Part shown: piece by piece, positions 27,676 through 46,700 of the stretch
How positions within the stretch are numbered: position 1 is the first letter of the stretch
Layout of the letters: each line of letters opens with the position of its first letter
Position numbers and translations under genes: made by a program
Assembly (NCBI GenBank): GCA_963575745.1
Contig: CAUYUJ010000172.1
Coordinates: forward strand, 62,001-117,259
From: Prorocentrum cordatum
Lineage: Eukaryota
DNA: 55,259 nt
Direction of reading: 5' to 3'
The notes under the pieces: generated by a model
Seen by the model: only the letters and a program-made list of their open reading frames with translations
What the model was told of the DNA's origin: nothing
Database searches by the model: none

Positions 27676-28050
27676 GAGCCTCCTGCTCTCCAAACGCCCA
27701 GCGCCCCGAGACACACTCCGCAAGCCCTCGCCGGAGGCAGCGCCCGCCGCGGGAGGCGCACCCTGGCATGGGGGAGCAGGTCCCGAGGGACACGGGTCCT
27801 GGACCCTGGGGGCCCTTCCCCCGGGACGAGGTCTGCATCCCGAGTCGTTTCCTGACCGTCCCCGGGGCCTGCGCAGGGCCCCCCTGGGGCCCGCACGCGG
27901 TCAAAAACCTCAGGGCCCCGTGCCCATCAGGATTAAGCCGGGCGTGTCCCCCTACAGGGGGATTTTCGACGACAAATGAAACATATTCCAAAAATGCCCC
28001 CAAATGGTCAGCAGAGATTGAAAGCAGACAGGCCCGACTTAACCTCGGGA

Positions 28051-28232
28051 CCTTAACGGGCGAAGAACGGTATCAAATACTTGTTTTCGCCGTCGGGGAC
28101 ACCTGCCCCAGGGCGGCTGGAAAATTTATACCCTTACGGTGGCACCGTAGGGTATAAACTTTCCAGCCGCCCTGGGGCAGGTGACCCCGACGGCGAAAAC
28201 AAGTATTTTATACCGTTCTTCGCTCGCTGAGG
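28051..28232. repeat. near-perfect about 180-bp palindrome (foldback)
   Basis: Arms 28051-28141 and 28143-28232 pair with only a handful of mismatches and one indel around centre 28142. Confidence 0.97.
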
Positions 28233-28267
28233 ACCCGCTTTCCCCCGTGGCGGGCCGCGCACGGCGC

Positions 28268-28345
28268 CTTGATCAGGGACGTCTTGCCGGTGCCTGGCGG
28301 GCCGTCGAGCAGCAGCCCGAGCTTGTCCGGGAAGCCCTCGATGGC
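28268..28345 (-). CDS. AAA+ ATPase exon B with Walker A: AIEGFPDKLGLLLDGPPGTGKTSLIK
   Basis: 78 nt, gag|GCC acceptor and AAG|gc donor. Contains the GPPGTGKT P-loop. Absent from the ORF track because it has no start codon. Confidence 0.95.
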
Positions 28346-28377
28346 CTCGGGGTGCAGCGTTCGGGGCGCGGCGCGCG

Positions 28378-34255
<5,878 letters not shown>

Positions 34256-36283
34256 CAAGACCCCTGGGGGGAGGCCGCCCCTCGGGGCCCGCGGCCACGG
34301 CAGCGCCGTGGCCGCGGAGGAGGGAGGAGTGAGGAGGGAGCGATGGGAGGGAGGGAGAGGAGGGAGGAGAGGAGGAGGGAGGAGGAGAGGAGTGAGGAGG
34401 AAGGAGAGGAGGGAGGGAGGGAGGAGGAAGGAGGAGGAGGGAGAGAGGAGGGAGGAGGGGAGGGAGGAGGGAGGTGGGAGGGGGGAGGGAGGAGAGAGGA
34501 GGGAGGGAGGAGGAGAGGAGGGAGGAGGGAGGGAGGGAGGAGGAGGGAGATAGGAGGGAGGATCGGGGGCGCGCAAACACGGATTAGCGATCCATGGATT
34601 TGGCGCGCGGTCGCCTAATCCATGGATCGGGGGAGGTGCCCTCCCCAAATGCGGCCCTTGTTCGGCGGCGGGAATTCGCGATTTCCCATGGAAGCAAGGC
34701 CCGTCGCTAATCCACGCCCCCTTGATCCATGGTTGCGATCGCCCGAGAGGAGGCCACGGGAGCCGGACAGAGCAGGAGCCGGCCACGGGCGAGTGGCCTT
34801 CGGTCCTACAGTCGGGCTTTGGAAGAAAATGCCGAACATGGGACAAAAACACTCAAACTCAAACATAACAAAGAGAGCACGGAACATCGTCCCCAGGCCA
34901 TGTTTTTACTGTTCTTGAATATTCCTCCTGTACATAGAGGGACACGTCCGACTTCAGGCAACGGGCGAGGCGCCGTGGCCCTGGGCGCAGCGGCGCGCCG
35001 TCGCGCACTCCACGCTGGCGTGCAGCCCGCAGCTGCGAGGCGGGGAGCCGTGCACGTCCACCGCCCGGGCCCCCAGCGGGCGGCGGATGTGGAAATGGTG
35101 GGCTTGTTTCCCACCACCACCAACACAAGTAGGAGGGGGAGGGGGTCCTCCTCCTCCTCCTCCTCCCCCTCCTCCTCCGCAATTACTCAATATGAATACT
35201 ACTCTCCCTCTTCCCCTGATGACGGCTTGAAAGTATCCGACCCCCCCCCCGCGTACTGTTTTTTTACACACAGGTTTCCCGGAGTTGGGTTTTCGCCTGC
35301 ATTTTTTTCAAAATGCTGCTCTCGCTGATGCGCCGGCCTCATTTTCGGGCCCCGCTCGTTCCGAATCGTGCTCCCGCTGCAGCGCTGGCTCATTTCCGTG
35401 CTTTCGCTCGTTCCGAATCGTGCTCCCGCTGCAGCGCTGGCCTCATTTCCGCGCTTCCGCTCGTTTCGACTTGTGCTCCCGCTGCAGCGCTCGCGTCATT
35501 TCCCGTGCCATGCCACGGCATGCAATGCAATGCTAGGTTGATACTACGCTTTGTGGTGCTCTTCTACGCCGTGCCATGCCGTGCTCTACAATGCATCGCG
35601 TACCCTTTCGGGATCATTGCCCTGCTCGACATCCGACCGAGCGAGTAGAGAGGGGATCTGCGCCATGGTAAGGGATGGGAGGGAGGGGTAGGATGTCAGA
35701 TATGACGCGAGCGCACCCAGCTTGTCCTCCTCCCCCTCCTCCTCTCCTCCTCCTCCTCCTCCTCCTCCTCCTCCTCCTCCTCTCCTCCCCCTCCTCCTCC
35801 CCTCCTCCTCCTCCTCCTCCTCCTCCTCCTCCTCCTCCTCCTCCTCCTCCTCCTCCTCCTCCTCTTCGTCCTCCTCCTCCTCCTCTTCCTCCTCCTCCAC
35901 CTCCTCCCCCCCTCCAACTTATGGTGGTGGTGGTGGAAAGCAGGCTCAGAGGAAACATGCCTGCCCCAGCGGTCGCTGGGCATATCCACAGCCGCCGCCA
36001 ACCGAGGTCCCCGAAGATCGATCCCCCGGGCGGTGGCCATGGACAAGTCCCCGCCTCGGAGGCCCTCCGTGGGGCCCTCTGGGGCAAGAACCGCAGGGAG
36101 GGGGAAGCGGCGCTGCTGCAGTCCCACGCGTCCCGCCCGTGCTGAGCTGCGCAGGCCGCTGCGCAGGCAGCTGGAGCCCACTCCTGCCTGCTCCGAGCCC
36201 TGGGCTCGGGCCCCGGAGCTGCAGGGCAGGTGCTCCTCATCGTGAACAGAGCCACGACGTCGGAGGTCTGGGTCCCCCTCTCC

Positions 36284-36341
<58 letters not shown>

Positions 36342-38818
36342 GTGCGTGGAGGATGGTGGAGGGAGGAGGGCGAGGGTCTTGGCACACCCGGGGCGCCCTT
36401 TTGCGGGGAGCCTCCCGGGGCGCCCTCCTGGCCCCGCCGGGGCGGGCCTTCTCAGAAGGCTGGGAGTTCCCCAGGCCTTTTTGACAGTTTCCTAAGCCCT
36501 CTGGGGAGACGCAGAACACTTCTCAGACGGCCGCAGTGCCTCTGAGAAGCCCCACTGCCTTCTGAGCAGGCCTTCTCCAGAGATCCGACGTCGTGATTTT
36601 TTCAATACGCGGTCCCCCGAAGTCTCGACCCATTCCCCAGGACCAGTTTCTCATCTTGAGTCGTTTTTTGACGGTCCCAGGGCCCGGCGAGGGCCCCTAG
36701 AGGCCGAAAATCGAGAAAAACCTTCGTCTTGATTTTTTCGATACGTTGGAGGTCTGTGTCTCCTTCTCACTTCTCACTTCCCCCCTTCGCTCGCCGCCGA
36801 CAAAAGTAGAAGGGGTGCCGCAAGGGCCCTAAAAAGGGGCCCTGTCGGGCCCCCTCTAGAGCCGGCAGGGGCCCCCCGAATGGTGCCTAAAGGGCAACTG
36901 GAGGGCTCATTTCCTTCCGCCCCCATTCACTTGAAGGGGAACTGGGACACACACACACACACACACATACATAAATACACACAAATGGAAATATTCCCCA
37001 TATTTTCCCATATGTTCTGGGTTTTTGTCTTCCCCCCCACTTCCCATATTTTCCTATATGTTTTGGGAATCGCCGGTTAATTGTGTCTGTGTGTGTTTTT
37101 GCCCCTCCTGATCATTTGGAGTCCCGAAACGGTGCGGTGACAGACCGTGCGGTGACCTCGGGACCCCAAGAGACCTCACCGCGCGGTCCGTCACCGCACG
37201 GTCTTGGGACCCTGAAGGCCCCCTATCGCCCGAGACACCCTCGGAGAACGACCCGAGTCCCAAAACCGTGCGGTGACCCCGAATCCCCACCGACTCACCG
37301 CACGGTGTGGTCACCACACCGCTTGGGGGCCCCCGAATTCAGGACCCCTCCCATGGCAACGCCGAAGCGCGCCCGGAGTCCAGCATGGCACGAGGGTGCA
37401 AACCCGACTTTACCGGCGGCTGCTCTGGGGCGGGCCCGTGCTCAGGGGAGGCTGTAGCAGCGCTCAGCGATGTGCTGTCGACCAAACCTGCAGGGTGGGC
37501 CCTTTCCCTGTCTCTGTGCGTTTCAGCTTGGGCTTCGGCTTCCGCTGCCGATGCACCGCGAAACGCCCTCGGCCCAGCTCACGCGAGTCGGATTTTCCGC
37601 TCGCACGGGTGCTCCCCTCCGTCCCCTTCCCGTTGCCGCTCGCCCGAGGGCCTCGGGGAGGAGGCCAGCTGGTTCGGCAGGCACGCACGAACCGGCAGCT
37701 TGCTATGATGCATCTCGGGGCACATCCGTCGTCGACTCTCTAAGCTTAAGTCGGGCGTGCCCCTCTACAGGGGGGCTTAGGACGAACAAAACAAATACTC
37801 CAAACATGCCCCCCAAATGGGCAAAAATAGTCAAACAATCGTCCCCAGAGGATCTTTTAATACTATTTTTGAATTTTCCCCCTGTAGAGGGACAGGCCCG
37901 ACTTCACTCTAAGCCTCCCGATCTGCCCCGTGGCTCTCCATGGGGCCGTCGGGAGGTGCCACAGCATCGTGGGGCGCGCGCTGGCTGTCCAGGTTCAGGT
38001 TTTTCGTGTGCCTCTCCCCGTTGCTCGGAAGGGATGGACAGAAACATACAGTCGAGACACTGCCATAAGGAACCCTAAAGAAGGACCGAAACTCCTTTTC
38101 TCCAGAAGTTAAACTTTGATTTCCCATCGAAGACCTCGGGAACACCTCAGACAAGCTGTAAAACGGTTCAGGAACACCGAGCCCCTCCCCAACGAAAAGG
38201 GTTCCTTCTTCAGCGCCCCGGCTGTATGCTAAATGTGCACCCGCCCCCTGAATGGCAGGGAAGAGGGAACAGCATGTTTGACAAGTTTATCCTGGGTTCC
38301 TGGAGGGGGGGGGCGAGGCAGATTTTCGGAAGGCTGCTCTCGAACACCTTCCAAAAACCTTCCACAAACCTACCAAACACCTTCCTCAGAAAGATTCGAC
38401 TCATGAGGTCAGAAGGCGCCTGACATATGTTCGGACCTGGGAGTGCCGAATATAGCCGTTCCGATTTGTTGGGTGCGCGTGCCCCACAGGTCTGGACCAC
38501 TTTCCTACGGTAGATTTTTCGTCCAGGGTCGATCTTTGACGGTCCCGAGGCCCGGCGAGGGCCCCCGGCGGAGACAGAGGATCGCCCCAAAGCCGCCGCT
38601 CCAATTTTTTTCTCGGGGCGCCGGATCTCTGGGAATGTATACTTCCAACGACCGATGCGCACTGCGCATCTCGGCCTCGGCGACGCGGATTCGTCACGTG
38701 GCGCGAATCGGAGGAGGGGGAGGAGGCGGAGGAGGAGGAGGAGGAGGAGGAGGAGGAGGAGGAGGAGGAGGAGATGTAGAGAAGGAAGAGGAGGGGGATC
38801 CAGCGCCGAGGCTGCGGC

Positions 38819-38869
38819 GAACTTGCCCTCCTTCCGGGTGAACTGGTCGATCAGGCGCAGCAGCTGCTC
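38819..38869 (-). CDS. BCS1-like AAA+ ATPase, exon A (first exon recognised): EQLLRLIDQFTRKEGKF
   Basis: 51 nt, cag|GAG acceptor and TTC|gc donor. Joins in frame to exon B, giving KEGKF-AIEGFPDKLGLLL, the pre-Walker-A segment of BCS1-type AAA proteins. Confidence 0.85.
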
Positions 38870-41719
38870 CTGCCGCAGGGCGCGGGGCTCGCCGGATGGC
38901 GGGGGGGCACCGCGGGTGCGACAACGACGAGGGGCCCAAGCGGCCCGCGAGCGAGTTCTGTGGCGACTCGTGGGGGCCTCCCATGCCATCTTGTCGGCTC
39001 CTGCGAATCGACGCTCTTCGACGCTGAATTGACGCTGAGTCGCCGCTGGATCGGCGCTCGTCGACGCGAAATCGGCGCTATCTCCACGACTCCCAGACGC
39101 TGATCGACGCTAGTCGACGCTGAAGACAGAACTGCGAGGTACACGAGGCCCCCATGATTTGCCACCGGAAGCGAGGACACGAAGAATCCACGCGCGCGCG
39201 TGCATGCAGGCTAGACGTCCGCGCTGCTCGGGAGGGGCAGGAGCGGGAAAAACGACATTCTTCTGGGGCCCCCCTGAGGCCCCAAGCCTCGTCGAAGCCT
39301 CGGCGCGCTCCCCCGAGACGGAAGCGCACGGCGACCGCGGCCTCTCCGATGTGGTGCTTAAGCTGGCCGAGAGTCTGGCCAGTGCGCGCGCCTGCAGATG
39401 GCATTAACACCGAGGTTGAGGCCAGACGCGGGCATCGACGGTGGCGAGAAGCCCTCCTCCTCCTCCTCCTCCTCCTCCTCCTCCGCCTCCGCCTCCTCCT
39501 CCTCCTCCTGGGCAAAGCTTACCCGCCCACTCGCCCGAAACTGGTGCGCAGCCAACTCCGTGGACTTTCAGAACCAATCTTGGGTGGTCTCCCAGTTTCG
39601 CGCCCAGGCCGAGAGGCAACGATAGTCTTGGACTGGCCAAGGGGGGGGGTGCATCGACCTGGAATCGAGGATACATCGCCGATAGATCGGCGACAGGCCC
39701 CCGATAGCGAAGCCGCGCCTTCCTGGAAGGGATGGGGCTCTCGGGCTCCTTGTTGGCGATGAGTGGACTATGTTGGGGGTCGAGGCCTCCCGCTCTGTGC
39801 TCTCCTCCTCTTCCCTCTCCTTCTTCTGCTCCTCCTTCCTGCCTAATCCTTCTGCTCTCTTCTTCCCTCTCATCCTTCTGCTCTTTCTTCCTTCTCCTCC
39901 TGCTCCTCCCTGCTGCCATCATGGGGGCTGGCATCATGGGGGCTGCCGTGGGTCTCGCCCCCATTCGTTTGCACTTTCGCACTGCGGCGCCAGGGGGCCG
40001 GGGACTCCTTTGTGGACCCTCGGCCAACAAGACGAACCTCCATCTGATTTGCACTGTCAACCTGCACACCAGTCAACCAGCTCTACTCCTCCTCCTGCTC
40101 CTCCTCCTCCTCCTCCTCCTTCTCCTCCTCCTCGTCCTCCTCCTCCCTCCTCCCTCCTCCTCCCCTCCTCCTCCTCCTCCTCCTCCTCCCTCCTCCTCCT
40201 CCTCCTCCTCCTCCTCCTCCTCCTCCTCCTCCTCCCTCCTCCTCCTCCTCCTCCTCCTCCTCCTCCTCCTCCCTCTCCTCCTCCTCCTCTCTCCTCCTCC
40301 TCCTCTCTCCTCCTCCTCCTCCTCCCCCTCCTCCCCCTCCCCCTTCTCGTTGGCCCTGACAGGCGCCCTGCTGTGCGCGATGGCATTCGCGCCCTCGCGC
40401 CCTGGCGTCGCCCGCCCCTACAGGGGAGGGCAGGAGAGCCGCCCAGAGTCGAATCGAGAAGTCGCATCGGCGATCGAAAGGAACCGGATCGGCGCAAGTC
40501 GGCGTCCAAACCGGGAGAAATCGCATCGGCAGAAGTCGGCAAGCCGCAGTAGGCCTCCGCGGAGAGATCGGTATCCGGTATCCGAATCGGAATCTCAAAT
40601 CGAATCGAATCGGAATCGGCCGCCATCGAAGCCGAAGCGAACCGGAGGAAGCGGAGCGAGCCCCTCTGGGAGGGCAGCCCTCCGGTCAGGACCGCGGCGC
40701 GCGAGGAGCTGCTGCCCCCCCCGCGAAGTGGGCGGGCGGCCTGGGCGCTGGGGGAGCCTGCTCAGCTCTCGCTTTTCAGGGAGGGGGGGAGCGGCTACAC
40801 GCAAGAGTGACCCTGGGTAAACATGACCTTTGGTGCGCGGCTGTTCGGGGGCCGCGGGGGGACCCAACCTGGGCGCGCAAGCCGCTGCTACCGCCTCGTT
40901 TCTGCCATCTGAGGGCCCATCTGTGCCCGCACCAAAGGTCCCTCCGGCGAAAGGTCACTCTCACGTCTAGCCGAGGGGAATGACAAGGCCGGGCTGGGGA
41001 AGCAGGGTGCGCTTCTCGGGGCCCGGGCAGGCAAGGCGGGGGGTTAAGGGGAAAGACATGTGTGCACCTCTCGGGCCCCAGAGGGCCCCCCTTCTGGGCT
41101 CCTCTTCTGCAGCCCTCGCTGCCCCCCCCCCCTCCCATTTATCGCCCCCCCCCCCCCCCCCCGTAGCGCGAGCCCCCACCTGCAGCTGGGTGGGAGGTTT
41201 CGGGGGCCTTTGCTCGAAGTCGCAGCCAGGAAGACGAAGCCAGGGCGAGGACAACCTCGGGTGAGGATACGTCGGGAATCTCTGAGGCCCCGCGGCTCTG
41301 GAGGATGCCTCGGGCGCCGTGGCCTTCTCGGAGCGCGCCGGAACGCTCCGACCGAGAGAATTCCGGAGCGCTCTGGGGCGGCCTGTGCGCGGCCGTGCCC
41401 CCCTGGCGCGTGGAGGCGTGCTGGAATGCCAAATGCTGTCTGGCAGGGCTCTTGTCTGTAATCTTCTGGCCCCCCCCCCCTTCCTCTCCCCGCCGCACCT
41501 CGCCGCGCGCATCCGGCCACGCTGCGGGAGGTCCCTCCTCCCCCTCCTCTCCCTCCTTCCTCCTTCCTCCTCCTCCTCTTCCTCTTTCTCTCCTCCTCCT
41601 CCTCCTCCTCCTCCTCCTCCTCCTCCTCCTCCTCTCCTCCTCCTCCTCCTCCTCCTCCTCCTCCTCCTCCTCCTCTCCTCCTCCTCCCCCCCCCCTCCGA
41701 GGCTTCCAGGAGGAGGCCC

Positions 41720-42345
41720 CCAAAACGGTCCAAGACGGCCCCGAGCCGCCGAACGATCGCTCGAAGACTGCCAAGATGGCCTCAAGATGGCGCAGGAGGC
41801 TTCCAGGGCGCCCCTGAGGCCTCCAAGAGGTCTCCTACGAGGGCCCCCACATGCAACAATCATTGGTTGTCCTTGCGTTTTCGAAAGATTTTGGCGTTCC
41901 AGCCTTTGCGGCTTTCCGACGCTCGAAGACGGCCCAAGAGGCCCTCAAAACCACTCCAAAACGGCCAAGAGGCCTCCGAGAGGGCCCCAAGACGGTCTAA
42001 GAGCTCCCCAAGACGGCCCAAGAGGCGCCCAAGACGGCCCCACAGGGCCTCAAGACGGCCCCACAAGGGCCCCCAGAGAGGGAACACGAACCGACAATCC
42101 GAGCCTTCCGCCCCCAAGGGCCCCAGGAGACCCCAAGAGGCGCCCACGAGGCCTCCAAGATGTCCCCAGGAGGCCCCCAAGAGGTCCCCACATGGCCCCC
42201 AAGAAGCCCCCAAGAGGTCCCGAAGAGACTTCAAAACAGCCTCCAAGAGGCCCCCGAGAGGCCTCCCACGAGATCCCAACGAACATCCACTAGGCTTGTA
42301 ACCCACAACCCAGGCACGGTGGCGGGACTTGCCGTAGGCAGCTGG
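41720..42345 (+). repeat. degenerate ccaagacggccc/ccaagaggcc repeat; related tracts 47110-47520 (inverted) and 49880-50130
   Basis: Recurrent short motifs. Confidence 0.7.
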
Positions 42346-42879
42346 ATCCTCGTCCTAACCCCGTCCGAAATGCAAGGCTGTCTGCACATGGCTGGCGCCC
42401 CTGCGGGTCTTGCTGACTACTTCTGGCCAGGGGGCGGTGCAGTGCCAGCGTCCGCGCGGAGTCAGCTGTCCGCGCGCGGCGCCTTTGATTTCTATGCTGG
42501 AGCGTACAGTAAGAGCCCGACGACAAGAAACCTTCCACAAGAAACCCAACCCTGAGACCCCAAGACGTTTATGGAAGTTTGGTGTGGGAACGTCGCGCTT
42601 CCCATAACAAAAACCATCGAAACTCAAGAAACACAGGGCACCCTGGAGGCAAGCAGTGTGTTTCTTGGCATGGGCCTCCACTGAATTTTCTTGCTTGCAC
42701 ACCGCCCAGTGCACGTGGCTTAGGCCGAAGCGAGATAGAGTCGCCCAACTGGGCAATCGGTTTCGGTTTCGGCTCTTCTCGTGTGTGCGAGCAGGGCGAA
42801 ACGACGCGAGTTCCTGCATTATCTAAACGTGACTCGCGCCAACATAAGCCGCTGTCTGGCTTCCGGGGCGTGCCCCGGG

Positions 42880-43620
42880 TTATCCCGCGATTGTCCAACG
42901 GTTGTCCTGTGGTTGTCCCGTGGCGCGCCCTGGGGTGTCTGGCGCACCCTGGGTTGTCCTGCGGATATCCCTTGGTTGTGCCACGAATGTCCCGTGGTTG
43001 TCCCATGTGTCTCGCACAATTGGCCCGTGATTGTCCCGCAGTCGTCCCGCGGTTGTCCCGTTGTTGTCGCGTGATTGTCTCGTGATTGTCTCGTGGTTGT
43101 GCCGCGGTTGTTCCGCCAATGCATAGATAGTGGGACCGATGAATAGATCGTGAGATCGATTGATTTAGAGGCATATCGATAGATTGTGAGGCCGATAGAG
43201 AGTGGGCCCGATCCTTACATAAATGATTCGACAATGTAGTTATGGATGCATTGTGAACCTCATCCGATTCGTGATCGAACGGTATGTTGAATCATGTCGG
43301 AAGATTGATGGTGAGACAGGTAAATATTTCGACCGGCGGATTGATGATGCGACTGGTCGATTGACGGGGAGACTGGTAAGCATGTAGATCGAGAGACAGA
43401 AAATGGCACCGCCTAGTAGAATGAAAAAAGGATCGGCAGATCGAGATATCGACCGATATTTTGGTAGTGGAATCGAAAGATGGCTAGCGAGACATTCAGA
43501 AAGGGATGCCGATACATCCAAGGGATACCAACATATATATATATATATATACACATAAACATACACATATAGATATATAGGCAGATACCGAGTTCGGTCG
43601 ATAGATCGCAAATCCAATCC
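42880..43620. repeat. degenerate (GTTGTCCC)-type repeat followed by GATC/GATA-rich low-complexity tract
   Basis: Directly visible. Confidence 0.7.
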
Positions 43621-44789
43621 GACGACAACTGCAAACCGTCAGCTGCAACCACTTCCCCCCGACCTCCCGATGAACTGGAGGGTGGTCCTATAGGTATATT
43701 CCAGTTCACTGGATGGCTCAGTCTCCATGCACTTTTTAAAATTGAGCGGCCCCAAGAGGGTTTTCGGAACATCTCCGATCGGCCTCCAGACACTCTGAGG
43801 ACCCTGAGGCGTGAGCAGGAAGGTGGATGGATTGAGGGGGTGATGTGAAGGAGGCAGGGGGGGGAGGGAGGCAAAAGAGGGAGGACAATTGACGGCCTTC
43901 AGGGCCCAAGGAGGGCCACAACGGCGCCAGGACCGCCGCCAGACAGCCCCAGAACGGTTCCACACGTCTCCGGAGGGGCAACGTTAGGGGGGGGGACCGG
44001 GGGGGGGGACCAACCCAGTGGGGGGGGACCAACCCAGGGGGTGGGGACCAACCCAGGGGCAACGTTAGGGGGGGGGGGGCAACCCAGGGGGGGAAGCATC
44101 GACCCGACATCGGCGATGCATCGCCGATGGACAGGCGCTGTGCCCCCCCGAGAGCGGCTCCGAACTTTCCAGGGCGGGGCGGGCCATCGGGTCCCTGTGG
44201 GCGATCAATTGGCGATGGGGGGTCGATACAGAGCCCCCCTGAGCCGACTCTGCCCCGGCGTTGTCCCTGACCTCTGCGACGCCCGGTGGCTTGCTGGTCC
44301 TGGCTCGGACCTCCAGCGGCGGTGCGGGAAGATCGGGGCGGCTCCAGGACGCCCTCGACGAGGCGCAGCCGCTGGAACGCACCCCGAGGACGGAACAACG
44401 CAGAGCACCGACGGCGACGCCCAAAAACCTCGACCCCCAAAACTTCGTCCCGCCCTTGAACCCACCACCCCGCATCGTCGCCCCTGATTCGGCGGCGAGC
44501 CCAGGGAAGGGAGAAGGGGCGGGCCTTCTCAGAAGGCTCGAAAAGCCCACGGCCTCCTGAGCAGTTTTCTGAGCCTTCCCCGAAGACGCAGGAAGCCCCG
44601 CCGCCTTCTGAGAAGGCCTTCTCCTTCTCACTTCTCCCCCTCCTTGCCATCGCTCGGACGTTAATTCCCCGCGCGTTTGTTGGTTGTGTTGCTCGATGAT
44701 CCAGGATGCTCCTCGATGGTCCTCGCCGACGCACAAACGCACACGTCCAAGCGGTGCTCGCCAAGGGCTCCACCTCTCGGTTTGGACGC

Positions 44790-44984
44790 CCGAAATTGGT
44801 ACGGCAAGAATGGGTCCGGTGCCCAACAGCAAATGTTGTCCAAAACTGACATTTGCCGCTGTCGGGCAAGCGGCCTTCCGTCTCAAATGGGCCACGTCCG
44901 CGGCGACGCCGACCTCGAGTCCTGCACAAAATGAACAACAACTGCTGTTGGGCACCGTGCCCATTCTTTCCGTGCCCAGCTCGG
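44790..44984. mobile_element. MITE-like element with 53-bp TIRs
   Basis: 44790-44842 versus reverse complement of 44932-44984: 43/53 identical. Confidence 0.85.
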
Positions 44985-45441
44985 TCGCATCGAAAAGCGC
45001 ACACGTCCGAGCGATGCTCACCCACGGCTCCACCTCTCGGGCTCTTCGGGGATCTTCTGACTCGGGTCAATCCAGACCTGGGCCAGTGAGGCCTTGCAAG
45101 ATCCTGCAAGATCCTGCGCGACCCTGCAGGATCCTGCACCAGAGCCCGGTCAGCGCACCCCTGGCTCTGCAGGATCCTGCAAGCTCCGGCGCTCTGGCCG
45201 ACCCCCGCATTTGCACTGACCCCCGTCCTCAGGCCCCCGGTCGCAAGTCCTTCATGACTCGACGGGGTGCTCCACCCCTCGGGCTCTCTCGGGGCTGGCC
45301 CTCCTGGGGGCCTCCTCGGAGACGCCCCCTCGGCGCCTCCCCGGCCGCCCCGCGGCGCTCTCCGTGGGCCCGCCCCGCGGGAGGGGCCGCGGCGAGCCCG
45401 CGGCGAAGCGGAGGAGCGCACTCAGAGGCAGGCGGGGATCG

Positions 45442-46700
45442 TACAAGGTCTTCGCGAGGATCATGCTGCTGAGGTCGGCCCGACCAACTCGGCTTCTGGC
45501 CTGAACGCGGCCCCTCGGACGTGATCCTCGTGGCCAGGAGGGTGCTCGAGGACGCGCGGGCCACGATGGCGGGGACCGTCCACCAATTGGCGCGGGATTG
45601 GGCGAAGGCTTTCGACTCCGTGCCGACCCGCAGCACTGGCGACGTCGCTTCGGCGGGTGCGGGTGCCCCGCCAGGCTCGTAGACGCGGTGAAGGCAATCT
45701 GCGAGGACAGAAAACTCGCTGTGTCTAACTGGGGCTCATCATCCGGCGAGCGGCGACAACGGCTCGCCATCTGCCAGGGGTGCCCGCTGTCTCCGCTCAC
45801 GTGCACCATCGTCATGACCACGCTGCTGGAGAATGCGCCCGCCCAACTGCGCAGGCGAACGCCGGACATTCCCGAGGCGCACTTCGTGCGAGACCTGGTG
45901 TACGCCGATGACACGCTCTTGATGGACGCGAACCCTGTTGTCGCGCAGGAGCTCACATCCTGCGTGGAGGAGTGCGGGAAGCAGTACGGCCTGAGGTTAA
46001 ATTGGAGCAAATCCGACATGATGAGAGTCCGCTCAGACGCACACGTAGTGAACAGCGTTGGAGACACGGTGAAAGAAAGGGAAGAAGGGCTGTATCTCGG
46101 GGCCCATGTCTCGTCCGACGGCAGTAGTGGCTCCGAGTTGAATCGGAGATTTGGCGCCGCAAAAACAGGATTTCAAAGTGTTGCCTGCAATCTGGCCTCA
46201 CGCAACGTTGTCTCGGGACCGAAAAGTCGATATTTTTAGTCCATGTATCGTTTCGAGATTATGCTGCTGTCTTTTTGCCGCTTGTCTGACTTGACGGGTT
46301 TCAGGCCAGGTGTTTAAAACGAACTTACATAATGCAACCTTCGTATACTGGTCGCGTGCCCAACAATGCCGTGTTGAGCATGGCCGGCGAACGGCCGCTG
46401 AGCGGAGCCTTTGCCAAGCGACAAACGATTCTCCTAGGGCAACTCGCGAGGCGACCCTGACACGACCCTGTGCGATGCTCCGTCCTACAGCCCAGCGGCA
46501 TTGAACCGCGATTGCCGACAGGGCCTCGCAAGCGAGGGCGCCTCCGACAAATGTGGGGCACCGTGATTCTGAATAACTGTCTGATAATAGCCAACACCCG
46601 CGGCCGCTTAGCTGGCCTCTTGCGGCCTGAGGCCGGTGCAGCAGCTGCGTGAGAGTCGGCTGTGAAAGCATGGCGCGACTGACTGGTCATGTGCCCACTT
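45442..46700 (+). mobile_element. 5'-truncated, frameshifted non-LTR retrotransposon (LINE) reverse transcriptase remnant
   Basis: RT motifs in order across frames: YKVFARIMLLR (45442), DWAKAFDSV (about 45596), QGCPLSP (45775), YADD (45901-45912), YGLRLNWSKS, YLGAHV, ELNRRFG, and a downstream RKRGRLRQMW resembling the RRRGRP..W motif. Confidence 0.9.

Noticed and set aside
40760..40830. LPEK peptide as the missing upstream ATPase exon
   Set aside because: No G-starting donor after it, and the upstream residues do not resemble the expected segment.
43736..45421. 561-aa minus-strand ORF
   Set aside because: Crosses several unrelated repeats and a MITE, has no domain motifs, and is a GC-rich chance ORF.
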